This document shows, in pieces, positions 1-10,419 of a stretch of DNA of 36,535 nt. This DNA is from Bordetella parapertussis (GTDB taxonomy: Bacteria; Pseudomonadota; Gammaproteobacteria; Burkholderiales; SG8-39): contig CAMCYY010000003.1 in NCBI GenBank assembly GCA_945885335.1, positions 1 through 36,535 on the forward strand. Reading direction: 5' to 3'. The number at the start of each line of letters is the position of its first letter. Position 1 is the first letter of the stretch. The position numbers and the translations under genes were made by a program. Below the pieces are notes generated by a model. The model was not told the DNA's origin. It made no database searches and saw only the letters and a list, made by a program, of their open reading frames with translations.

Positions 1-1
1 G

Positions 2-310
2 CTGCGCCGCCTGGATATTTTCGGGCGCTTCGGCGGCGAGGAGTTCTGCCTGCTGCTGCCGGAAACCGGCATCCAGGCGGCACTGATGGTGGCCGAGCGC
101 GCGCGCGCGGCCGTGTCCGCGATCCAGGTCACGGCCGACGGACAACCGGTGCGCTGCACCGTGAGCGCCGGGGTATCCGGAACTGAAATACATGGCGCTG
201 ACCTGGATGCCATATTGCGCGGTGCGGACAAGGCCCTGTATGCGGCCAAGCGTGCCGGGCGGGATCGCAGCATGCTCGATGGCGCCGCGCCGGCGACGTT
301 AGGGGCCTGA
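2..310 (+). CDS. Diguanylate cyclase (GGDEF domain), 3' part only; runs off the left edge
   Basis: The frame from nt 2 reads LRRLDIFGRFGGEEFCLLLPET...ADKALYAAKRAGRDR, with a GGEEF active site and an RxxD I-site (RRLD). Confidence 0.93.
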   Translation: MRRLDIFGRFGGEEFCLLLPETGIQAALMVAERARAAVSAIQVTADGQPVRCTVSAGVSGTEIHGADLDAILRGADKALYAAKRAGRDRSMLDGAAPATLGA

Positions 311-459
311 GGGCTTGTGGAGGGGCACGACTCAGCGCTGCATGAATGCGCATGACAGCGGGGTAATTTCGGCCGGCCTCTGGATAGGGCTGGGAACATG
401 CGGTAAAGTGTTTCTGCAGTGCTTCGGAGGTCACGCCGTTCAAGTAGCGGGAGAAGCGA

Positions 460-696
460 ATGTTCGCAATTGTCTACAAGTCCGATGGTGTTCCAATCTG
501 CGTGCAGGTGGCGGGCGTGACGCCTGATCCTGTCGTGGTGTGGTCCACGGAAAGCGGCGCCAAGGCCTTCATCGACAAGAGTGGCGGTGACAGCGAGTTC
601 CAGGCGCTGGCGGTCAATGAGCAGGCGATGGAACAGTTTGCGATAGCGCTTGGCTGCCCGGTCGAGAGCATTTCCATCGAGCAGTATCCGTCCTGA
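460..696 (+). CDS. Hypothetical protein, 78 aa
   Basis: ATG preceded by GGGAG, host-like codon usage, followed by a terminator; no family recognised. Confidence 0.7.
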   Translation: MFAIVYKSDGVPICVQVAGVTPDPVVVWSTESGAKAFIDKSGGDSEFQALAVNEQAMEQFAIALGCPVESISIEQYPS

Positions 697-725
697 CCTT
701 CAGTCTGGCCAGACCGGTTCTGACA

Positions 726-755
726 TAAAAAAGCGACCCGAAGGTCGCTTTTTTA
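726..755. terminator. Bidirectional intrinsic terminator
   Basis: Perfect hairpin TAAAAAAGCGACC-CGAA-GGTCGCTTTTTTA between the convergent ORF 460-696 and panD. Confidence 0.92.
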
Positions 756-771
756 TTGCGTCATGCAGTGA

Positions 772-1152
772 TCAGGCAATCTGCATCGGAATCTTGTTGC
801 GCTGACGCTTGATGCGGTTCTGTCCATCCACATAAACCAGTGCCGGCTTGAAGCTTTTCATTTCGGCTTCGTCGTACGTGGCGTAGGAAGCGATGATCAG
901 GATGTCGCCGGGCGAGGCCTTGCGTGCCGCCGCCCCGTTCACCGATATCAGCCCCGTGCCCCGCTCGGCGCGGATGGCATACGTGGTGAAGCGCTCGCCG
1001 TTGTTGACGTTGTAGATGTCGATCTGTTGATACTCGCGGATGTCCGCGGCTTCGAGCAGGTCCTCGTCAATGGCACAGGAGCCCTCGTAATTGAGCTCCG
1101 AGTGCGTAACGGTGACGCGATGAATCTTCGACTTCAGCATCGTGCGCTGCAT
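772..1152 (-). CDS. panD: Aspartate 1-decarboxylase
   Basis: MLKSKIHR N-terminus, YEGS self-cleavage site, [10 protein letters not shown] and NGAAA motifs. Confidence 0.98.
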   Translation of the reverse strand: MQRTMLKSKIHRVTVTHSELNYEGSCAIDEDLLEAADIREYQQIDIYNVNNGERFTTYAIRAERGTGLISVNGAAARKASPGDILIIASYATYDEAEMKSFKPALVYVDGQNRIKRQRNKIPMQIA

Positions 1153-1190
1153 GTCTGATCTCCAGTAGGCAGCAGGGGGTTACCTGGCTG

Positions 1191-2030
1191 TTATGTGGGG
1201 TCGCTACGCGCGACCTCAAGGTTATCGATAAGACGGGTTTTTCCTAACCAGACCGCTGCGACAATGACGAGGCGGTCTGTCAGGGTTGGCAATTCTAGGT
1301 CAGCTTGGTTCCGCACCGCAATATAGTCCGGTTTCCATTGATTCTGAACAAGTTTTTTCATTGCCTCAGCTTCGAGGGTGGCAAAATCCCGTCGTCCTGA
1401 GCGCAGTTCCGTTGCCAGGCGTTCCAGTGTGCGAAACAGCCGGGGTGCCTCAGCGCGTTCCGTCTCGGATAAATAGCCATTGCGCGAGGACAGCGCCAGG
1501 CCGTCCGCGGCCCGCGCTGTCTGGCCGGCGATGATGCTGATCGGCAATGCCAGTTGCTGCACCATCTGCCTCACCACCATGAGTTGCTGGTAATCCTTTT
1601 GGCCGAAGATAGCGGCCTTGGGTTGCACGATATTGAATAATTTCAGTACCACGGTGGCGACGCCGCGGAAAAATCCCGGCCGGAACTCGCCTTCTAAGAT
1701 GTTCGCAAAGGCCGGTGGCTCGACCAGGAAGGCCTGCGGCTGCGGATACAGCGCCTTTTCATCCGGTGCGAACAGCACATCCACGCCGACCGAGCGCAGC
1801 TTGTCGCAATCGGCCTCGAAGGTGCGCGGATATTGGTCGAAGTCCTCGTGCGGGGCGAACTGCAGGCGATTGACGAAAATGCTGGCCACCACGCAACTGC
1901 CATGCTCGCGTGCCTGGCGCATCAGCGCGAGGTGGCCGTCATGCAGGTTGCCCATGGTGGGCACGAAGGCGACCGACGTTTCGCGCGCGAGGCGCGCGCG
2001 CAGGTCGGCGATGCGCGGAATGATGTCCAT
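1191..2030 (-). CDS. panC: Pantoate--beta-alanine ligase
   Basis: [27 protein letters not shown] and RLIDN motifs. Confidence 0.98.
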   Translation of the reverse strand: MDIIPRIADLRARLARETSVAFVPTMGNLHDGHLALMRQAREHGSCVVASIFVNRLQFAPHEDFDQYPRTFEADCDKLRSVGVDVLFAPDEKALYPQPQAFLVEPPAFANILEGEFRPGFFRGVATVVLKLFNIVQPKAAIFGQKDYQQLMVVRQMVQQLALPISIIAGQTARAADGLALSSRNGYLSETERAEAPRLFRTLERLATELRSGRRDFATLEAEAMKKLVQNQWKPDYIAVRNQADLELPTLTDRLVIVAAVWLGKTRLIDNLEVARSDPT

Positions 2031-2044
2031 GCGGCGCCTGCCGG

Positions 2045-2863
2045 CTAGAACCCGTGTTCGGGGCCGGGGAAGCTGCCATCGCGCACGGCGTCGCAGTAGC
2101 GCTTCACCGCATCGCCGATGCTGGACGAGCCTTCCATGAAGTTGCGCACAAAGCGCGCCTTCTTGCCGGGGAACACATTCAGCATGTCATGCAGCACCAG
2201 TACCTGGCCGGAGCAGCCGGCGCCGGCGCCGATGCCAATCGTGGGGATGCGCAACGCGTTGGTGACGCGCGTGGCCAGTGCAGCGGGAATCGCCTCCATC
2301 AGCAGCATCTGCGCGCCGGCATCTTCGAGGAGGTGCGCATCGGCGAGCAGCTTTGCTGCGGCCTCCACGCCCTTTCCCTGCACGCGGTAGCCACCCAGCG
2401 TGTGCACCGATTGCGGCGTTAGACCGATGTGTGCGCACACCGGGATGCCGCGCGCGACGAGAAAGTGCACGGTTTCGACGAAATCGGCGCCGCCCTCCAG
2501 CTTCACCATCTGCGCGCCGGCGGCCATCAGCGTGACGGCATTGCGAAACGCCTGCTGCGGCGATTCCTGATAGCTGCCAAAGGGCATGTCGGCAACGACG
2601 AAGGCGCGCGTCGAGCCGCGCACTACGCAGCTGGTGTGATAGGCGATCTGTTCCACCGTGACCGGCAGCGTCGAATCATGGCCCTGCAGCACCATGCCTA
2701 GCGAATCGCCGATCAGCAGCATGTCCACGCCAATCGAGTCGAGCAGCGCGGCAAAACTGGCGTCGTAGCAGGTGAGCATGGCAATGCGCGTGTTCTCGGC
2801 GCGCATTTTCGCGAGATTGCTGATGGTCAGCCGCGCCATCCGGAGGTCCTGGTTATAGGCCAC
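2045..2863 (-). CDS. panB: 3-methyl-2-oxobutanoate hydroxymethyltransferase
   Basis: [34 protein letters not shown] and GIGAG motifs. Confidence 0.98.
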   Translation of the reverse strand: MAYNQDLRMARLTISNLAKMRAENTRIAMLTCYDASFAALLDSIGVDMLLIGDSLGMVLQGHDSTLPVTVEQIAYHTSCVVRGSTRAFVVADMPFGSYQESPQQAFRNAVTLMAAGAQMVKLEGGADFVETVHFLVARGIPVCAHIGLTPQSVHTLGGYRVQGKGVEAAAKLLADAHLLEDAGAQMLLMEAIPAALATRVTNALRIPTIGIGAGAGCSGQVLVLHDMLNVFPGKKARFVRNFMEGSSSIGDAVKRYCDAVRDGSFPGPEHGF

Positions 2864-2896
2864 GGTGAGTCCTTCCTGTCTGGGTGGTGCCTGGAT

Positions 2897-3538
2897 TCAG
2901 TCGCCGAAATTGAAGAACTCGCGTCCGCCGCGCATCGCGCCAGCACGCTCGATCAACAGGTCAAGATCCTGCTCGCTATCGACGAAGTTGAGTCGTTCCG
3001 AATTCACGATCAGTACCGGGCTCGCATTGTACTGGTAGAAAAAGCGGCTGTAACTTTCCGCCAGAACGGCCAGGTAATTGACTGAAATGCCATGCTCGAA
3101 CTCGGCGGCACGCCGGCGCACGCGTTCGGCCAGCACGTTCGGCTCGGCGTGCAGGTAGATCACCAGGTCTGCCTTGGGTACCTGCAGCTGCAGCGTGTCG
3201 TAAATCTGCTGGTACAGACGCAGTTCCTCGGTGGACAGTGTCAGGCGCGCGAACAGCGGGTCTTTTTCGAGCAGGAAGTCACCCACTGTCACCTTTGAGA
3301 ACAGGCTCATCTGGGCCAGTTCCTGCAATTGGCTCATGCGCTGGAACAGGAAGAACAGTTGCGTCGGCAGCGCCCAGCGCTGCATGTCCTGATAGAAGCG
3401 GGCGAGGAAGGGATTCTGCTCGGGACGTTCCAGCAGCGTCTCGGCCTCGAGGCGTCCGGCCAGCTTGCGCGCAAGGCTGGTCTTGCCCACGCCGATCGGG
3501 CCTTCAACGACGATGTAACGGTACTTGGACAGTGACAT
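2897..3538 (-). CDS. Deoxynucleoside kinase family protein
   Basis: P-loop VEGPIGVGKTS, NPFLARFY and TQLFFLFQR motifs; usual position between folK and panB. Confidence 0.92.
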   Translation of the reverse strand: MSLSKYRYIVVEGPIGVGKTSLARKLAGRLEAETLLERPEQNPFLARFYQDMQRWALPTQLFFLFQRMSQLQELAQMSLFSKVTVGDFLLEKDPLFARLTLSTEELRLYQQIYDTLQLQVPKADLVIYLHAEPNVLAERVRRRAAEFEHGISVNYLAVLAESYSRFFYQYNASPVLIVNSERLNFVDSEQDLDLLIERAGAMRGGREFFNFGD

Positions 3539-3580
3539 TGAACTCAGGGGCGGGGACAGGGGTGGAAAAGTCGGTCGCCG

Positions 3581-3832
3581 TCAGCTTCTGAAGATGAAAT
3601 ACACCGCGCCCATGATACACAAGGCCGCCCACAGATAATCGAGCTTCAGCGGCCGCTCCATGCAGAACAGCGCGATGCCCCAGCTGATCAGCGCGGCGAT
3701 CAGCACCGGTTTGCTCGCCAGGTTCTTCAGGTGTGCATACCAAGCGAAGGTCATGAACAGGTTGGAGATCGCAAGCAGGCCGACGGTCTGCGCCAGCACG
3801 GGCATCTGTAGAAAAAACGACAGGGGGTTCAT
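3581..3832 (-). CDS. DUF486/DMT-like small membrane protein, apparently internally deleted (83 aa)
   Basis: SNLFMTFAWYAHLK, SWGIALF and PLKLDYLWA...GAVYFIFR match the family termini. The ATG overlaps the folK stop (ATGA). The central conserved block appears absent. Confidence 0.75.
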   Translation of the reverse strand: MNPLSFFLQMPVLAQTVGLLAISNLFMTFAWYAHLKNLASKPVLIAALISWGIALFCMERPLKLDYLWAALCIMGAVYFIFRS

Positions 3833-4320
3833 GTCGGCAGCCGCTCTACGCGTTGGTCCAGGGATTTGGCCAGCCAGTCGCTGGCGGGGCCGCGGCCGGG
3901 GATGACGCAATACGGGGTGATCTCGACCAGCGGGTCGAGCACGAAGCGACGCTCATGCATGCGCGGATGTGGCACGGCGAGGCCGGGCTCGGCGATGACC
4001 TGATCGTCATAGAGCAGCAGGTCGAGGTCCAGCGTGCGCGGCGCATTGGCAATGACAGGGAGGCTGCGTTCGCGCCCCTGGGTCAGTTCGATTGCGAGCA
4101 GGGCGTCAAGCAGTGCGCGTGGCGCGAGGGTGGTCTGGATCAGCGCTGCGGCATTGTAGAAGTCCGGCTGATCGGTCTTGCCGACCGGGGCGGTGCGATA
4201 AACGGATGAACTGCGCAGCAAGGCAGAGTCGGGCAGGGCGGCAAGCGCGTCGAAGGCGGCGGCGATGCGTGCGCGCGGATCGCCCAGGTTCGCGCCAATG
4301 CCGATGAGCGCGGGGGTCAA
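3829..4320 (-). CDS. folK: 2-amino-4-hydroxy-6-hydroxymethyldihydropteridine diphosphokinase
   Basis: IGIGANLG, QPDFYNAA, PRTLDLDLLLY and PHPRMHERRFVL motifs; TTG start. Confidence 0.97.
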   Translation of the reverse strand: MTPALIGIGANLGDPRARIAAAFDALAALPDSALLRSSSVYRTAPVGKTDQPDFYNAAALIQTTLAPRALLDALLAIELTQGRERSLPVIANAPRTLDLDLLLYDDQVIAEPGLAVPHPRMHERRFVLDPLVEITPYCVIPGRGPASDWLAKSLDQRVERLPT

Positions 4321-4334
4321 TGCCGGCTCCGGTG

Positions 4335-5684
4335 TCAGCTTGCGGGTGCCGCCGGCGGCGTGCCGCCTGCATCATCCGCGCCGTCACCGCCGGGCTTGCG
4401 CGGGCGCCGGCGGCGACGCGGGCGCTTTTCGTCGAGTGCGGCGGGTTTCAGCATGTCTTCGCGCACGTCGGGCGAGGCATGCTGGAATTTTTCCCACCAC
4501 TCGGTCAGTTCCGCCGGGCATTCGCCGCTTGCAGAGCGCAGCGCGAGGAAGTCGTAGCCGACGCGAAAGCGCTCGTTCTCCAGCAGCCCGAACGGGCGCT
4601 TGCCGCTGCGCTGTTCGAAGCGCGGCTGCAGCAGCCAGATTTCCTTCATCATCGCCGTAAAACGGCGCGGGATCGCGAGCTTGTCGGTTTGCTTGTCGAG
4701 CACATGGTCCATGGCGAGGTGCAAGGCGGCAATCGGGCGGGCGTTCTGTTGCGCCTTGTTCCACGCCGGCAGCACTTCGTGCCACAGCAGCGAGGCGAAC
4801 AGGAAGGCCGGCGAAACCGGATTGCCGGCGCGCACGCGTTCATCGGTTTCGCCCAGCGCCAGCATGACGAAGCGCTCTCCCATGGGTTGCTCGAGGATGA
4901 CATCCAGCATGGGTAGCAGGCCATGGTGCAGCCCCGCTTCGCGCAGTTCGCGCACGCAGGGACCGGCATGGCCCGAGAGCAGCAACTTCAGCATTTCATC
5001 GAACAACCGCGCCGCGGGCACATTTTCGATCAACTTGGCCATGTCGGCGATCGGCGCCCGAGTGGCGGGGTCGATCGTGAACTGCAGCTTCGCGGCGAAA
5101 CGCGCCGCGCGCAGCATGCGCACCGGGTCCTCGCGGAAGCGCGCGCGCGGGTCGCCGATGATGCGAACCGATTTCTTCTTGATGTCGCGAAGGCCGTTAT
5201 GGAAGTCGAGGATGGACTCGTCGTGCGGGTCGTAATACATGGCGTTGACCGTGAAGTCGCGCCTTGCCGCATCTTCTTCGCGGTTGCCGTAGACGTTGTC
5301 GCGCAGCACCCTGCCGTGCTCGTCGGTATCTGACGAATCGCCGGCGCGGAAGGTCGAGACCTCGATGGTTTCGGCGCCGAACATGCAATGCACCAGCTTG
5401 AAGCGCCGGCCGATCAGGCGCGAGCGCCGGAACAGGCGGTGCACTTCCTCGGGCAGGGCGTCGGTGGCGACGTCGTAGTCTTTGGGTGGCACGCTCAGCA
5501 GCAGGTCGCGCACCGCGCCACCGACAACATAGGCCGAATAACCGGCCTGCTGCAGTACTTCACAGGTTTTGCGCGCGCCATGGGACAGGGATTCGCGCCG
5601 CACGCCATGCTTGCTCACGGGAATGACGGAAGGTCCGGATCGGGAGTCCAGCCTGAGTACGCGTCGGATGAATTTCTTGATCAA
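4335..5684 (-). CDS. pcnB: Poly(A) polymerase I
   Basis: VGGAVRDLLL, DYDVAT, the PAP signature LIGRRFKLVH, RRDFTVNA, EDPVRMLRA and an Arg-rich tail; upstream of folK. Confidence 0.96.
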   Translation of the reverse strand: MIKKFIRRVLRLDSRSGPSVIPVSKHGVRRESLSHGARKTCEVLQQAGYSAYVVGGAVRDLLLSVPPKDYDVATDALPEEVHRLFRRSRLIGRRFKLVHCMFGAETIEVSTFRAGDSSDTDEHGRVLRDNVYGNREEDAARRDFTVNAMYYDPHDESILDFHNGLRDIKKKSVRIIGDPRARFREDPVRMLRAARFAAKLQFTIDPATRAPIADMAKLIENVPAARLFDEMLKLLLSGHAGPCVRELREAGLHHGLLPMLDVILEQPMGERFVMLALGETDERVRAGNPVSPAFLFASLLWHEVLPAWNKAQQNARPIAALHLAMDHVLDKQTDKLAIPRRFTAMMKEIWLLQPRFEQRSGKRPFGLLENERFRVGYDFLALRSASGECPAELTEWWEKFQHASPDVREDMLKPAALDEKRPRRRRRPRKPGGDGADDAGGTPPAAPAS

Positions 5685-5867
5685 ATTGGAACGAAAAATC
5701 GCGGAATGAGAGACCAGCTGCGGAACAGGGTGTTCAGAACCGGGCGCAAGGTGTCGTGCTCCAGTCCGTCGTCCTGATTTCTTTGTAGTTCGGAGGTCTG
5801 TTGTACAGAGCCCGTGTCAAACCGGGGCCATGATACTCCATCTGCCCGGTCCGGAAGGTGCCGCGGC

Positions 5868-6572
5868 TCATGCGGCGCCCCCATCCATAGGTGCCAACGG
5901 TTGCAACGGGGGGCGCAGGCTGATTACCGGCCAGCCGCGCGTCGCAGCCACGCTTCGCAGGGTGTCGTCCGGGTCCACCGCAACCGGCTTCGCCACCCGC
6001 TCCAGCAGCGGCAAGTCGTTCAGCGAGTCACTGTAGAACCAGGTCTGCGGGAACTCGCCCCAGGCATGGCCGAGCGAGGTCAGCCATTCATCCACGCGCA
6101 CCAGCTTGCCTTCACGGAAGCTTGGTGTGCCGTGCGGCTTGCCGGTATAGCGGCCATCGCGTTCTTCCAGTTCGGTGCCAACCAGGTGCGGGATGCCGAA
6201 CGCGCGCGCGATCGGCGTGGTGATGAAGGTGTTCGTCGCGGTGACGATGGCGCACAGGCTGCCTTCATCGAGGTGGCGCGAAACCAGCGCCTTTGCCGCC
6301 GCGCCCATCAGCGGACGGATGCGGGACTGCATGAACTCAGCATGCCAGCGATCCAGTTGCGCGCGCGGATGCGCGGCCAGCGGAGCCAGCTGGAAGTCGA
6401 GGAACTCGACAATGTCCAGTTTGCCCGTCTTGTACAGACGGAAGAACTCGTTGTTGCGCGCTTCGTACTTGGCGCCATCCAGGACGCCTTTGTCGATCAG
6501 GAAGCGCGCCCATTCGTAATCGCTGTCTCCATCGAGCAGCGTGTTGTCCAGATCAAACAGCACCAGGTTCAA
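5868..6572 (-). CDS. HAD-IB family hydrolase
   Basis: FDLDNTLL motif I, VTAT motif II, FYSDSLNDLPLL motif IV. Confidence 0.93.
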   Translation of the reverse strand: MNLVLFDLDNTLLDGDSDYEWARFLIDKGVLDGAKYEARNNEFFRLYKTGKLDIVEFLDFQLAPLAAHPRAQLDRWHAEFMQSRIRPLMGAAAKALVSRHLDEGSLCAIVTATNTFITTPIARAFGIPHLVGTELEERDGRYTGKPHGTPSFREGKLVRVDEWLTSLGHAWGEFPQTWFYSDSLNDLPLLERVAKPVAVDPDDTLRSVAATRGWPVISLRPPLQPLAPMDGGAA

Positions 6573-6587
6573 GGCTTCATTCTCCGT

Positions 6588-7262
6588 TCATTTTTCCGCG
6601 GCAATCAGCGCCAGCACTTCACGCAGCAGCGGCTGCGTGATCGGCCGCTTGCGCTCCAGCGAGACGCGGTCCAGCGTGTCCACCACCGCCATCTGCGTGC
6701 CCATGTCGCGCGTGACGTGCGTGAGCAGGTAGTCGATGAGTTCGGGGGCGAGGGCGAGGCCGCGCTGACGGCCGTGTTCGCTGAGGGCGGCGCGCTTTTC
6801 CTCGTCGGAGAGCGGCTCCACGCGAAGCACCACGCCGGCACCGAGGCGTGTGCGCAGGTCTTCGCGCAGCGGCAGTTCGGCCGGCGGCCGGTCGCCGGCA
6901 CTGAGCAGCATGCCGCCGCTGGTGCGAAAGCGGTTGTAAAGATCGAATAACGCAAGCTGGCCCACCATGTCGAGCTGGTGCGCATCATCGGCGGCGACCA
7001 CGGAGGCATCGGCCGGCATGCTCTCGCCGGCTGCGATATAGATGGCCGGCGTGCCGTTGCGCGCAGCATCCGCGGCGAAGGCGCGCAGCAGGTGCGATTT
7101 GCCGCTGCCGCGCGGGCCCCATAGATAGACAAAATGCTCATTGCCGTCGAGCGCGTGGCGCAGTGCGGCCAACGTTGCCAGGGTGGCTTCGTTGCGTCCG
7201 GCAAAGAAAGTGTCGAAGGTCGGCTCGGGGGCAGGTGCGAGCGCGAGAGTCAGCTGCTGCAT
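6588..7262 (-). CDS. hda: DnaA regulatory inactivator Hda
   Basis: N-terminal clamp-binding QLTL, YLWGPRGSGKSHLL, DLRTRL; purM-neighbourhood synteny. Confidence 0.93.
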   Translation of the reverse strand: MQQLTLALAPAPEPTFDTFFAGRNEATLATLAALRHALDGNEHFVYLWGPRGSGKSHLLRAFAADAARNGTPAIYIAAGESMPADASVVAADDAHQLDMVGQLALFDLYNRFRTSGGMLLSAGDRPPAELPLREDLRTRLGAGVVLRVEPLSDEEKRAALSEHGRQRGLALAPELIDYLLTHVTRDMGTQMAVVDTLDRVSLERKRPITQPLLREVLALIAAEK

Positions 7263-8389
7263 CAGGTGGCGTCATCCCTGTGGTTTGCTGCCTCATCCGT
7301 ACTGATGACTTTTACGGTCGGATCCTTTTCCGGCTCCTTGTACAGGTCGCTTGTCAGGTAGTGCGCCTTCACCTTGCGCAGGGCCACCAGCAGCACGGCG
7401 CTGGCCGGAAGCGCGAGCAGCAGGCCGAGGAAGCCAAATACCTGGCCAAAGGCGAGCAGGGCGAAGATCACCGCCAGCGGATGCAGGCCGATGCGCTCGC
7501 CCACCAGCTTGGGTACCACGATATAGCCTTCCATCAACTGCCCGGTCACGAACACGGCCAGCACCCAGGCCACACCGGTCCATTCGGAGAATTGCATGAG
7601 CGCGGCCAGCATGGCCAGCATCAGGCCGGTGATGCTGCCCAGGTAGGGCACGAACACCAGCACGCCGGTGATGATGCCGATCGGAAGGAAGAACTCCAGC
7701 CCGGTGAACCACAGCGCGATGGTATAGAACCCGGCCATCACCAGGATCACCAGAATCTGGCCATGCAGGTACTGGCCCAGCGCCTCATCGGCCTCGGTAA
7801 TGAAGTTGCCCACCCCCTCGCGCCGTCCCGGCGGAATCAGGCGCACGATGCGCCGCTGCATTTCCTCCCAGTCGCGCATGAGGTAGAACTGCACCACGGG
7901 CACCAGCACCAGATTGGCCAGCAGGCCGACCAGTCCGAGTCCGCCCAGCCTGAGCGAATTGAGCAGCTTGCCGCCCAGGCCCTCGGTGGTCTTGATCATC
8001 TCGCCCATCTGCACCTTGAGGACGTCCGGATCAAGGTTGACGGTAAAGCCGGTTTTCTCGGCAATCCAGGGCGCAAGCGTGACATTCAGGTGATCCAGAA
8101 AGGCCGGTGTCTTTTCGATGGCCATGGACAGTTCACGCAACAGCAGCGGCAGCACCGTGAATACCATGATCACGGCGACCAGCGCCTCCAGCAGCAGTGC
8201 CAGGATGACGGCCGCCGTGCGGGGAATGCGCCGGCTCATGCGCAGGACCAGCGGCTGGCCGACGTAGGCGAGGATGGCGGCGAGAAAAAAAGGTGTTACC
8301 ACCGGACCCAGCACGTACAGCAATATGACCACGGCTGCGGCAATGCCCAGCCAGGCAAGGTTGCGGGATTCGTCTTCGCGCCGATCCAT
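7262..8389 (-). CDS. AI-2E (PerM) family transporter
   Basis: Multi-TM protein with FVPYLG, PKLVGERIGLHP and GFLGLLLALP motifs. Confidence 0.92.
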   Translation of the reverse strand: MDRREDESRNLAWLGIAAAVVILLYVLGPVVTPFFLAAILAYVGQPLVLRMSRRIPRTAAVILALLLEALVAVIMVFTVLPLLLRELSMAIEKTPAFLDHLNVTLAPWIAEKTGFTVNLDPDVLKVQMGEMIKTTEGLGGKLLNSLRLGGLGLVGLLANLVLVPVVQFYLMRDWEEMQRRIVRLIPPGRREGVGNFITEADEALGQYLHGQILVILVMAGFYTIALWFTGLEFFLPIGIITGVLVFVPYLGSITGLMLAMLAALMQFSEWTGVAWVLAVFVTGQLMEGYIVVPKLVGERIGLHPLAVIFALLAFGQVFGFLGLLLALPASAVLLVALRKVKAHYLTSDLYKEPEKDPTVKVISTDEAANHRDDAT

Positions 8390-8491
8390 TTAAAGTAAAA
8401 TCCTCATGATTACGCTGGAAATATGCCCCAGTGCCGCATTCAGCCCGCATTGTAACCGTCCCCAACCGCATCCATACCTTTCGAGTCCGCC

Positions 8492-9541
8492 TTGAGCCAG
8501 TCAAATAAGCCCGGTGAGTCCCTGTCCTATCGTTCTGCCGGCGTCGACATCGATGCCGGGGATGCCCTGGTCGAGGCGATAAAGCCCTTCGCCAAACGGA
8601 CCATGCGCCCCGAGGTGCTGGGCGGCATCGGCGGTTTCGGCGCGCTGTTCGAGATCTCGAAAAAGTACCGGGAGCCGGTGCTGGTGTCGGGCACTGACGG
8701 CGTGGGCACGAAGCTGAAACTCGCCTTCCAGTTCAATCGCCATGACACCGTGGGCATCGATCTTGTGGCGATGAGTGTGAACGACATCCTGGTGCAGGGT
8801 GCCGAGCCGCTGTTCTTTCTCGACTACTTTGCCTGTGGCCGGCTCGATGTGCCGGCCGCGACCGATGTGGTGAAAGGCATTGCGGCAGGCTGCGAGCAGG
8901 CCGGTTGCGCGCTGATCGGCGGCGAAACCGCCGAGATGCCGGGCATGTACCCCGAAGGTGAATACGACCTCGCCGGTTTTGCGGTCGGTGTAGTCGAGAA
9001 ATCCGCCATCATCGACGGCAAATCGATCGTTCCCGGCGACGTGGTGCTGGGCCTGGCCTCCAGCGGCGCGCATTCCAATGGCTATTCGCTGGTCCGCAAG
9101 ATTCTTGATCGTGCAAAACCTGATCTCAAGGCCGACTTCCACGGGCGGCCCCTGGCCGACGTGCTGATCGCACCGACACGCATTTACGTGAAGCCGCTGC
9201 TGGCGCTGATGAAGGCGCTGCCCGTGAAGGGCATGGCACACATCACCGGCGGCGGCCTGGTCGAAAATATGCCCCGCGTGCTGCCTGACGCGGTGACCGC
9301 AGTGCTGGAGCAATCGGCCTGGCCGCGCCCGCCGCTGTTCGACTGGCTGCAGAAGGAAGGCAATGTGGCCGAACACGAAATGCATCGCGTGTTTAACTGC
9401 GGCATCGGTATGGCGGTGGTGGTGGCTGCCGAAAACGCTGATGCAGCGCTGAAACACCTGAAGGATTCGGGCGAGACCGCGTATCGCATCGGCGCCATCC
9501 GAGCCCGCAAGGAAGGCGAAGCGCAGACCCTCGTTGTATAG
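8492..9541 (+). CDS. purM: Phosphoribosylformylglycinamidine cyclo-ligase
   Basis: [38 protein letters not shown] and FNCGIG motifs. Confidence 0.98.
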   Translation: MSQSNKPGESLSYRSAGVDIDAGDALVEAIKPFAKRTMRPEVLGGIGGFGALFEISKKYREPVLVSGTDGVGTKLKLAFQFNRHDTVGIDLVAMSVNDILVQGAEPLFFLDYFACGRLDVPAATDVVKGIAAGCEQAGCALIGGETAEMPGMYPEGEYDLAGFAVGVVEKSAIIDGKSIVPGDVVLGLASSGAHSNGYSLVRKILDRAKPDLKADFHGRPLADVLIAPTRIYVKPLLALMKALPVKGMAHITGGGLVENMPRVLPDAVTAVLEQSAWPRPPLFDWLQKEGNVAEHEMHRVFNCGIGMAVVVAAENADAALKHLKDSGETAYRIGAIRARKEGEAQTLVV

Positions 9542-9567
9542 GGTGCGTACAGGGCTTGCCGGAGCCG

Positions 9568-10419
9568 CTAAGGCTCCATTGCATTCTTGTAGCGCCGCCG
9601 CGCCGCCTCTTCCTTTATCACTTCGTCGATTTCGCGGATCACGCTGCCCACGCTCACCGGCTTGTTGCTGATGGCAAAGCGGCCGGTGAGCTCAGAGTCG
9701 GGCAGCAGCTTGCCGCCCTGGTAGAGCGCCCAGATTTCCTTGCCGTACTGAGAGGTGAGCAGCTCGGGCGCAAAGCGCCCGAAGTAGACGGCGAGATTGT
9801 TCACATCGCGCTCCAGCATGGCGCCCGCGCTGTTGTTGCCGGCGGCATCCACAGCCTGCGGCAGGTCGATGATCACGGGGCCGGTGGCATCCAGCAGGAT
9901 GTTGAATTCGGAGAGATCGCCGTGGACGATGCCGGCACACAGCATGCGCACCACTTCGCGGATCAGCTTCTGGTGGAAGTCGCGCGCCTGCCCGGGCGTG
10001 AGTTCGACATCGTTCAGGCGCGGCGCGGCGTGGCCTGCGGCGTCAGTCACCAGTTCCATTAGCAGCACGCCTTCGAGGAAGTTGTAGGGCTCGGGCACGC
10101 GCACGCCCACGGCGGCGAGGCGGCGCAGCGCATCCACTTCGGCGCTCTGCCATGCCGCTTCCTGTTCCTGGCGGCCGTAGCGCGAACCTTTCTCCATGGC
10201 GCGCGCCCGGCGGCTGTTCTTCACCTTGCGGCCTTCGGTGTACTGCACCGCCTGGCGAAAGGCGCGCTTGTCGGCTTCCTTGTAGACCTTGGCGCAGCGG
10301 ATGTCCTCGCCGCAGCGGACCACGTACACGATCGCTTCCTTGCCGCTCATGAGCTGGCGGATCACCTCATCGACGAGGCCTTCCTCGACGAGTGGTAGGA
10401 GTCTTTTTGGGGTTTTGAT
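9568..10419 (-). CDS. RIO1-like Ser/Thr kinase (PA4780 family); probable start at ATC 10419 rather than GTG 10365
   Basis: SGKEA, AKVYK, VHGDLSEFN and IIDLPQAV motifs. The frame extends upstream as (I)KTPKRLLPLVEEGLVDEV, which resembles the family N-terminus. Confidence 0.9.
   Translation of the reverse strand: MKTPKRLLPLVEEGLVDEVIRQLMSGKEAIVYVVRCGEDIRCAKVYKEADKRAFRQAVQYTEGRKVKNSRRARAMEKGSRYGRQEQEAAWQSAEVDALRRLAAVGVRVPEPYNFLEGVLLMELVTDAAGHAAPRLNDVELTPGQARDFHQKLIREVVRMLCAGIVHGDLSEFNILLDATGPVIIDLPQAVDAAGNNSAGAMLERDVNNLAVYFGRFAPELLTSQYGKEIWALYQGGKLLPDSELTGRFAISNKPVSVGSVIREIDEVIKEEAARRRYKNAMEP

Noticed and set aside
4360-4440. Arg-rich low-complexity tail of PcnB
   Set aside because: This is a normal feature of proteobacterial poly(A) polymerases.
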